Part shown: positions 54,777 through 64,000 of the stretch, piece by piece | Layout: each line of letters opens with the position of its first letter | How positions within the stretch are numbered: the first letter of the stretch is position 1 | Translations under genes and position numbers: made by a program | The notes under the pieces: generated by a model | Databases searched by the model: none | What the model was told of the DNA's origin: nothing | The model's input: the letters and a program-made list of their open reading frames with translations, nothing else | NCBI GenBank assembly: GCA_951406725.2 | Contig: OX597824.1 | Span: 17,670,001 to 17,734,000, forward strand | Direction of reading: 5' to 3' | DNA length: 64,000 nucleotides | Source: Octopus vulgaris | Taxonomy: Eukaryota

Positions 54777-55029
54777 ATGTGTGTGTATGTGCGTGTATGT
54801 GTGTATATGTATGTATATGTATGTATGTATATATACACAGACACAAACACACACACAAGCATGCTCACATACACGCATATACATATATGTGAGTGTGCGT
54901 GTGTGTGTGCGTGTGTGCGTATGTATGTATATGTATGAATAACCTGCTGAAGGAGATATCTTAAAGGGGCTACAGTATCAGAATCGACAGTTCTAGAGAA
55001 CACTCACATCAAAGTGGTGATAAACTCTA

Positions 55030-55092
<63 letters not shown>

Positions 55093-55235
55093 TTTAAACA
55101 AAAATTAAAATAACCGCCTTAAGGGATAGAAAATATCGAATAAATTTATGGTTTGTTGCCTATTATATTGTTGTGAATAGTAGTATTTCTAAAATAATAC
55201 GTTTAAGTATAAATTTTGGTTTATATATATTCAAA

Positions 55236-55617
55236 TTAAAATCCGGAAAATGGAGAAGTCGCGTTAATATAATTTATTAACTGCAAGAATCCAACATGTT
55301 TACCTACAGCTGTTTCTAGTTAGCTGTAAGGAATTAAATTATATTTATTAAAGCATTTTATTAGGCAAAATATCGCCTGAGCAGTATATTCTTCCAAAAC
55401 ATCACAGCAGCTGTTGAGAAATTTGGGAAGAATAACATTTAATGACCTAACGATATGTCTTTTTTTTTATTCCTCTGGCGAGAGTTTGTCCAGTAAAGTG
55501 CTTTAATTAATAGTATTTAATTCCTTAGAGTAAAACCGAAACAGCTGTACGTCAACATGTTGAATTTTTGCAGTTAACAAATTACATTAACCCTACTCAC
55601 CATTTTCTGGATTTTAA
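55236..55617. mobile_element. Head-to-head fold-back element with hammerhead stem-III remnants
   Basis: Arms about 55236-55357 / 55498-55617; tacagctgtttc (left) and gaaacagctgta (right); ends in (TA)n. Confidence 0.78.
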
Positions 55618-55679
<62 letters not shown>

Positions 55680-55704
55680 CTGTAATGCGTGTATGGCAAA
55701 TATA

Positions 55705-56502
55705 TCTATATATATAAAACTCAACTTGTGTATCTGTGTGTGTGTCTGTGTGTTTAACTTCCTGGCATATCACCTCCTAGCCAACAAATCATAGAACCAC
55801 CAAACATGGGTCACTTAAAGTTTAGGCGAATGAAAATTGAACTGCGGTATTTCGTTCCGAAATTAATCTCGCAAGTGCAAAAATCGATAACGTGTTTGTT
55901 TAGGCCTTATCCCATGCATTGAAAAGTGAACTTTACTCAGTCAGCTGTTTGACGTGAACTGTGTTCACCACGCGTGCAAGCATGCGTAAATTGCATGAAA
56001 AGTAAAAAATCAAGATATAAAAACGAATCGCCGTAAACATTGTAGAAATTCGGCAAAGAAATGAATTTTCGGGATGTAGCCTGAAGGGTTTTTTCGTATT
56101 AATCGTCTGGACTTTGTGAACACATACCAATTATCTATATATATGAAGCTGAAGTTGTCTGTGTGTGGCAGGTTTGGTAGCCTTCAACTAACACTATCTC
56201 CTCCGAGACCCTGCGGCGCAAGTTGACCAAAATTGTGAGTATGATAGAAGAAGGCTTGCTCTTCCTTCCGTAGAAGAAAAACTTCAAATCGGACCATGTT
56301 AACACCAAAAATTATTAACATCAAAAAGGTGCTTTTTTCTATGAAAATCCCTTTGCTTTTTTTACGATTTTTTTTACTGTCGCCAATTTTCGTGTATTTC
56401 AACCAGAAAAATATTCACTTAAAGAGAATAACAAGCTACATAATGCAAAATTTTTACTTTTCAAAAATTCCAATTCTAAAGCAACGCCGATTGATACTGC
56501 TA

Positions 56503-56503
<1 letters not shown>
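55705..56503 (+). mobile_element. Two tandem/nested non-autonomous Helitrons (starts 55705 and 56134)
   Basis: Both begin A|TCTATATATAT(A/G)AA(A/G)CT; single 3' end gcaacgccg...ctgCTAG|T. Confidence 0.72.
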
Positions 56504-56573
<70 letters not shown>

Positions 56574-56694
56574 CAAAGACAGAGAGGATACGAAGATGTA
56601 ACACTCTTCTCTACTTACAATCAATAAGTATGTAAGTATGTAGTTCATATGAAACTAATACCAAGTAATTTGATTAATATCGGCAAATTCACAT

Positions 56695-56748
56695 AGCTTC
56701 GTGCAATGGCCATACTCGATAACGAGGGGGCAGCCATAATAATGTATG
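56695..56748 (+). mobile_element. 54-bp 3' stub of the RTE-like element
   Basis: Reverse complement of 53707-53760. Confidence 0.85.
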
Positions 56749-56914
56749 CACAAGTATATAATGTATATTTTGAATATTTGAAAATATTTATTTATCTTTT
56801 CATCGGGCACTGATATTCTGTTCACAATCTAATAAAATATCATCCAACTTAAAGTTATTATACTAAATCAGCTACTTCATTTGTTTCTACTATCTATTTG
56901 TATTATTTCCTCTG

Positions 56915-56961
<47 letters not shown>

Positions 56962-57123
56962 AATATTCTATAATTATATACATAATTATTATTAGGGGTC
57001 AGCTAATTGCTTCACCACGTACATATATACATACATATATATACATATATATATACAAACATACACACCGATATGTTTGTATATATATGTATGTATATAT
57101 ATATATATATGTCTATATATACA

Positions 57124-57172
<49 letters not shown>

Positions 57173-57257
57173 TTCGAGACAAAACCACTATTTTGCAAAT
57201 CAAACAAGGAAAGACTTAATCAATACATAAAAAATTTAATATAAAGTAAATAAACCG

Positions 57258-57301
57258 CCACTACAATTGTTTCATGTCTTCAAATGACATTCGTCAGGTG
57301 G
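57258..57301 (-). ncRNA. Minimal type I hammerhead ribozyme
   Basis: CCAC-CUGACGA-AUGUC-AUUUGAA-GACAU-GAAAC-AAUU-GUA-GUGG. Confidence 0.9.
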
Positions 57302-57352
57302 ATTTCGATCTTCTAATCAGTTTAAATTAAAACTGATTAGAAGATCGGAAAT

Positions 57353-57396
57353 CCACCTGACGAATGTCATATGAAGACATGAAACAATTGTAGTGG
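57353..57396 (+). ncRNA. Minimal type I hammerhead ribozyme
   Basis: CCAC-CUGACGA-AUGUC-AUAUGAA-GACAU-GAAAC-AAUU-GUA-GUGG; all core nucleotides and three stems present. Confidence 0.9.
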
Positions 57397-57570
57397 CGGT
57401 TTATTTACTTTATATTAAAATTTTTTATGTATTGATTAGGTCTTTCCTTGTTTGATTTGCAAAATAGTGGTTTTGTCTCGAATTAATATTATATAATATC
57501 ATACTATAAAATTGGATTTAATCCTAAATCTGATTTTCTCCCTGTAAATTTGGATTTATTCCCTAATATT

Positions 57571-57611
<41 letters not shown>

Positions 57612-57706
57612 GTTTTATATATATGTATATATATGTATATACATATATATATATACATGTACGTATATATATATATACATATATGTATATATATACATGT
57701 ATATAA

Positions 57707-57767
<61 letters not shown>

Positions 57768-58332
57768 GGTACACAGAGTCTCCTTCACTTAATAACGGTA
57801 CCTACATAAGATTTGTGGCAGATTTTCAAACTTACAAACTTCGTCGTGAAGAATTTCCCTCTCTCGTATTATGCGATCACGAATCTTACTAATACTTCAA
57901 CATTGTAACCTTACAATAAATCCTCCAATATCTTTTACACATCTTTGATGATTATAATTCGAAATAAGCTTTGGAGATGATCTGAGTATTGACCTATTTT
58001 GCGATAATATTTCACAAACATTGTAATATTTTCTTCTATGCAGAATTAATAAAAAAAAATTTCTTGTAATAATCTTAACAGCTTGAAAATTACTTTTATT
58101 CATTTATTTGTTTCGATCATTGGAATGCGGCCATGCAGTGGCAGTGTATCGTAAGTTGTTTTTGTTAGTCGATCAAATAGAATTCAGCAGTTTAAGTTTT
58201 ATTCCCGTGTATGTTTCGTTTTAGTTTATTAGTCTGGGGGGCTCGGTTAAGAAACACACAAGAAGCCAGCAAGCCAACACCTGCTAGCAGACTACGAGAT
58301 ACAAACAGAAATACGCTTCAGCAGAATTTCAT

Positions 58333-58740
58333 ATACTCTTACTCTTTTACTTGTTTCAGTCATTTGACTGTGGCCATGCTGGAGCACCGCCTTTTAGTCG
58401 AGCAAATCGACCCCGGGACTCATTCTTTGTAAGCCCAGTACTTATTCTATCGGTCTCTTTTGCCGAACCGCTAATTGACGGGGACGTAAACACACCAGCA
58501 TCGGTTGTCAAGCAATGCTAGGGGGACAAACACAGGCTTACAAACATATACACACACACTTATATATATATACATATATACGACAGGCTTCTTTCCGTTT
58601 CCGTCTACCAAATCCACTCACAAGGCATTGGTCGGCCCGGGGCTATAGCAGAAGACACTTGCCCAAGATGCCACGCAGTGGGATTGAACCCGGAACCATG
58701 TGGTTGGTTAGCAAGCTACTTACCACACAGCCACTCCTGC
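58333..58740 (-). mobile_element. SINE family B, full length
   Basis: Near-identical inverted partner of 60134-60546. Confidence 0.93.
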
Positions 58741-59023
58741 GTGTGTGTGTATTTACTTATGGGTAGCGGACTCGCGGTTGTAGAATCGCAGTTTCGATTC
58801 CCAGGCCGGGAATATATATCATTCAACTACAGCCTGGAAAAAAAAGGGGTTACATAGAAAAAATGCAAGCAAGGGAAATAATATTTTTAATGCCGCAATT
58901 TACTCACTCACAAAACAATCATACAGAGATTGTCATTAATTCAGTTCTTAACCAAACTGAAAACTGTTAATATCTTTGAAGAGACTGGCCCCTACTTACA
59001 TTTTGGAATTAAAAATTGAGACT

Positions 59024-59293
59024 TATAAATACAGTGTACATTTAAACACATAAGAGAGGGCCATCATTGGACTACCCGCACGCTAGAGAGGACACTTAAA
59101 TTCCAAACTACATTTAGGGATAAAATATCGAAGAGAATTAAAAATAAAAGGAGTTAGATGGTAAATGTTTTTATTTTCCATTCCCTTCGATATTTTATCC
59201 CTAATAGTGGTTTGGAATTTAACTGTCCCGCTAGCGTGCAGGTAGTCCTATGATGGCTACTGCTGATGAGTTTAAATGTACACTATATTTATA
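59024..59293. mobile_element. Fold-back element, ~125-bp arms, no complete hammerhead
   Basis: gccatcattggactacccgcacgctag...tagggataaaatatcgaag vs cttcgatattttatcccta...ctagcgtgcaggtagtcctatgatggc. Confidence 0.82.
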
Positions 59294-59622
59294 TCTATTT
59301 ATATGTATATATGTATGTAAAGATATATATAGGGGGAGAATTCACAAAAATGAAAGATATATTTATGTATAAATATATATATATGCATATATATACACAC
59401 ACACATATATATATATATATATACATGTATGTGTGTGTGTGTGTGTGTGTGTGCGTGTGCGTGTGTGTTTGTGTGTGTACATACTATAATTCCAAGCACA
59501 AAAGGAGAGGGCGTAGAAAAGTAGGAGAAACAATTTAGTAAGATTGAAGATAACTAATGGGAGGTCATTTTGAATATAGGCTGGATATCTATCTATCTAT
59601 TTATCTATATGTATATATATTG

Positions 59623-59655
<33 letters not shown>

Positions 59656-59937
59656 GCATATATATGTATATATATATATAAATATGCATGTATATATATG
59701 TATATATGTACATATATGTACATATGTGTATATATACAGGTACAAAATATGGGCATTTAGTTCACAGGTGATCTAAACGATTAGGTACGCTAGGTAAGTG
59801 CTGTAACGGAATACTAGGGCTACAAGGTTTCAGATTTCCGATATAGCGGATACATAATTCTTATAGAAGGAACATTAAGTCAAGGCAAACCTCTCAAGTC
59901 GTATACATTATTATTATTATTATGGGAAAAAATTCAG

Positions 59938-59991
59938 TCTTACAGCTGTTTCTGGGATTACCCAGAGTATGGAATATTCCGTCATCGGAGA
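59938..59991 (-). ncRNA. Hammerhead-like motif, U4C variant
   Basis: UCU-CCGAUGA-CGGAAU...AUCCCA-GAAAC-AGCU-GUA-AGA; palindromic stem III ACAGCUGU. Confidence 0.65.
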
Positions 59992-60096
59992 TAAATAAGA
60001 AAAATGAGAAGGGCATAAATTAATTAAATGAAGACACACAAGGCAGGAGTAAAGGAATACGTTCATGAAGAAAGATGGTCTGGTCGGTCACGTGGT

Positions 60097-60133
<37 letters not shown>

Positions 60134-60135
<2 letters not shown>

Positions 60136-60546
60136 CGTAGGAGTGGCTGTGTGGTAAGTAGCTTGCTAACCAACCACATGGTTCCGTGTTCAGTCCCACT
60201 GCGTGGCATCTTGGGCAAGTGTCTTCTGCTATAGCCCCGGGCTGACCAATGCCTTGTGAGTGGATTTGGTAGACGGAAACTGAAAGAAGCCTGTCGTATA
60301 TATGTATATATATGTATATATGTGTATGTGTGTGTGTGTGTTTGTCCCCGTAGCATTGCTTGACAACCGATGCTGGTGTGTTTACGTCCCCGTCACTTAG
60401 CGGTTCGGCAAAAGAGACCGATAGAATAAGTACTGGGCTTACAAAGAATAAGTCCCGGGGTCGTTTTGCTCGACTAAAAAGGCGGTGCTCCAGCATGGCC
60501 GCAGTCAAATGACTGAAACAAGTAAAAGAGTAAAAGAGTAAAGAGT
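60134..60546 (+). mobile_element. SINE family B, full length, inserted in (TA)n
   Basis: ggcgtaggagtggctgtgtggtaag ... (gtaaaaga)n tail. Confidence 0.95.
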
Positions 60547-61069
60547 ATATATATATATATTTATATATATATATACATATGTTTGTGTGTGCCTATCACA
60601 ACAGCTATGATTGTGATGCCCTATCAATCAAAATTATTTAGCTATCTTACCCCAAACCGCAGATGCACACAAATCAGTATACCCAATTCTTCTTTTCCAT
60701 AAAATCAATTCTGTAAAATCCTTTCCCTTCCTGCATCTTTTCTGCAGGCCTGGACTTATATATGTTCAATAGGAACTTTAACAATACTAATACTTTTCAG
60801 TCGGGGATCCTGCCAACTCAATGCCATTATTTCCTCCTTCCTACCCTTTGATACCGCGAGTAGCTATTCAGGAAATAAAGTAACAGAGAAGGAGTGCATT
60901 ACCAACAAAAGGCTGGTAATTATTCGTCGATACTGAGAAAATGAAGCGCAATGTTGGCTTCGGTTTCATTAGAAATCAGAATGAGCCATCTGAAGCAAAT
61001 ATCCGATCGTATTTCGTTTGACGCTGTAATCATATTGGAAATTAACCTTTTGATTTAGTAGTCCTTACG

Positions 61070-61930
61070 TGCACTAGGGTGTCCAGTTTTCCCTACTGTT
61101 GTGGTTCTACTCAATAAAGATCTACCTGCTGTTACGTTCAACAGCGCATGTGCTTCATCATATGACACGACCATTCATTTCTCGCAGTTCTACAAGATTG
61201 CTTCATTGACATGCAACCAGGATACTACATATCCAACTTGTACAAACCTTGAAACCAATGGCAGCAATGAAGCAATACCAAGCTTATCTCTTTCAACAGC
61301 AAAAATAAAAGCTAAAGAACATTTTATATACAGACAACATGTTCTCGAAACATGCCTGGCACTCAGCAACAGCCATCACAGTTCTCTTAAATGCTCTGCT
61401 TCAACACGGATGACCAACTGTCCAAAGTATACCTCAGCCTATTTAAGACTACATCCTAAAAACTGATCCTTTTCTATACGGCCAGAAATTACTTCAGACC
61501 GCAACAGTTGTTGACACTTCACAATGCTCTAGTGAGGCCCACAATACATTTTTAATCCTTTATCTAGAAATTTGCAGCTGCCGCAGACACAGATGCCCAT
61601 TGTTGCTTCTAGAAGGAACATCTCTCGACTGATTCCCCTTAAATTATTCATAATTATGTCCCAACAACTCCCCCACAGATGCACCGTCTCATTTCTCTGT
61701 TACCTCTGCCGTAACTGTAAAAGCCTTGGTTTATCGGGTCTGGTTGATTTTGTACTTCCTCCACTTGTCTCTCTATATATTCGTATACAAACACCCAATC
61801 TCCAACACGAGTCGTAAACCCCTGTCTCTCTCCCAGGTGTATAGGTTCATTAAAATCTCCCTTCAACCCATCCATATTATTCCTTTAAGTGTACATGTGG
61901 ATTTTTTTAGGTGCGCTGGTATTCCGTAAC
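61070..61930 (+). mobile_element. Degraded CR1/L2-group LINE (RT C-terminal region)
   Basis: ARNYFRPQQLLTLHNALVRPTI (YKAxVRP-like) at about 61480-61546 and LPHRCTVSFLCYLCR (HRRxVxxLxxxYR-like) at about 61668-61712. Confidence 0.65.
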
Positions 61931-63260
61931 TAGAGGGATGTTTCTACATTTCAAAGTTATGAACAAAAAGTTTTCAAGGCGCTGAAATATTAAATACAGA
62001 TATTTTAAAACTTACCTTATATTTTCTAAATCCCCAAATGCACTTACCCGTTGCGATGTATCATTTTGGAGTAACTGGTAGACATTTTGATATAGATATA
62101 CACATTTTGCTTCTTAAGTGATACTGGTTGCTTTACAGAATGCAGTGGTGCCTGCTAGGATTTGAACTTACAACGTATAGAAATATGGATTCGAAATATA
62201 TTTTTCCTTTTAGTTGGCCGCCCTGTCATTTGAACGGTGGCACCAGCGTACGACAGATGAAAAGTTTTATATATATATATATATGATTGTGTGTCTGTTT
62301 GTGAGTAGTGTGTGTCTGTATACACATATGTATTCATATGTGAGTGTTTATATACATGTTTGTATATATATATATATATATATATATCTATACATATATA
62401 TATATTCACGCACATAAATATATATTATCTATATATTATCTTAAAACGTTATTACTGAACACACAGCAGCAACAGCAGTCGCAGTATCAGAAGATGATGA
62501 AGGAGAAAAAAATGAGGAGACAAAGAAGAAAATACCGGGAAATAACATGAACAACAAAAAGAAAGAGAAGAAAATAGGGAAAGAAAAAATTTTCTATAAA
62601 AAAAATTACATATTTTCAAGATAAATAACTTTATAAAATAAACCTCCATTTTCAATGAAAATCTAACAGCTAATTTGAAAATAAATAAACATTCTTAAAA
62701 CTAATAAATATTTTCAAAACAAATAAGTAGTTTGGAGCGTAAAAAGTTGTAAAGTTAATTGAAGTTAAAATCTTTTCTTTTGCTGTTTATACATATTTTT
62801 TTTCTTTCTTTTATTACTATTTTGTTTTCGTATAATGAGCAAGTAAAAATGTTGGATTTCCTAGAATTTAACTTTAGTTTCATTTCCCCTAAAATGTTTC
62901 GTACGCCAAAAGACGTTTCGTTGTTGCTGATGTTATTGTTGTTGTTGTTGTTGTTGTTGTTTTTGTTATTTTAACTTTCGTTTTACAAGAAACTTTTGCT
63001 TCATTTTATTATTAGTATTATTATTATTATTATTATTTTTTTTTTTTTTGCTTTTGTCATAGTGTTATCTTTTCAAAATATATTTTAACAACTCTTTATT
63101 TTATTGTTTCTTACCGTTCCCTTATTGTTCTTCCTTCTCTTTATTCTTTCTTATTTCTGTTGTTATTATTGTTGTTTGTCATTGTTCTTGTTGTTGATGT
63201 CGATAATATTTCTGCTATTGTAGTTTTCTAAAACTCACCTTCCCTACCTCCTTATGTTTG

Positions 63261-63303
<43 letters not shown>

Positions 63304-63405
63304 ATGTATATATAGATATATACATGCATAAATATATGTATATATATATATATATATACATATATAAATACATAGATATATGTACTTGCATATACATACA
63401 TATAT

Positions 63406-63453
<48 letters not shown>

Positions 63454-63523
63454 AATACATATGTGAAAATATATGTATACAGACACTTACACATAGAAAC
63501 ATATGAAAAGACACATGTCACTA

Positions 63524-63582
<59 letters not shown>

Positions 63583-64000
63583 TGTATGTATATATATGTA
63601 TATATATATATATACATACATACGTATATATATATATATATATATATAGACGCACATATATTCCTATAGATATATGTATACATACACCCACACGCAAACA
63701 CAGACACATATGAGAGAGAGAGAGTGTGTGTCTGTGTGTGTGAGAGTGTCTGTGTGTGTGTGTGTGTGCTTACGTATGACTATATATTTGTTTTATTAAA
63801 TTTCTATTTCTTTACTTTCGTTTTGCTTTATACTTATTCTATCATCTTAAAAGCAAACGCTAAAAGGAGATAACACATATTAGAAAACAACGCAAAACAC
63901 GAAGCAGATATGATATTATCAATTTACAAGATGTGTCGAGAGAAAGCATGGCTTATTTGCTTTTGTGCTTTTGTTTCAATTTTATATATATATTTTTTTT

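Larger units (their letters stand above)
57161..57575. mobile_element. Near-perfect ~330-bp palindromic element with two intact hammerheads, in (TA)n
   Basis: Arms 57161-57323 / 57329-57494 with few mismatches; right arm extends about 80 bp further to (TA)n. Confidence 0.93.

Noticed and set aside
57940-57979. CAUCU-UUGAUGA...GAAA...AGAUG hammerhead-like motif
   Set aside because: Stem I pairs but stem II and the cleavage triplet are not convincing; not counted.
61654-61875. GDFN motif suggesting a minus-strand APE endonuclease
   Set aside because: Plus-strand RT C-terminal motifs explain the region better; no other APE motifs.

Overview
AT-rich, microsatellite-saturated eukaryotic non-coding DNA. 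The repeat families resemble those of coleoid cephalopods (Octopus); this assignment is an inference from recognised SINE/LINE sequences. I found no credible host protein-coding gene: almost all track ORFs are translations of (TA)n/(TG)n/(TAA)n/(GAA)n repeats. The window is a mosaic of (i) three to four tRNA-derived SINE families, (ii) truncated R4/Dong-like restriction-endonuclease LINEs that sit in (TAA)n arrays, (iii) an RTE-like zinc-finger LINE 3' end nested in a SINE's (TATG)n tract, (iv) a CR1/L2-group LINE relic, (v) non-autonomous Helitrons and a TTAA piggyBac-type MITE. The most striking signal is about 17 hammerhead-ribozyme (HHR) motifs, intact or degenerate, in Penelope-like/retrozyme-like fragments that mostly abut (TA)n tracts. 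Many are head-to-head fold-back elements with the same polarity, and several unrelated families carry the compensatory U3:A8 version of the catalytic C3:G8 pair. Coordinates were read by eye and may be off by a few bases.
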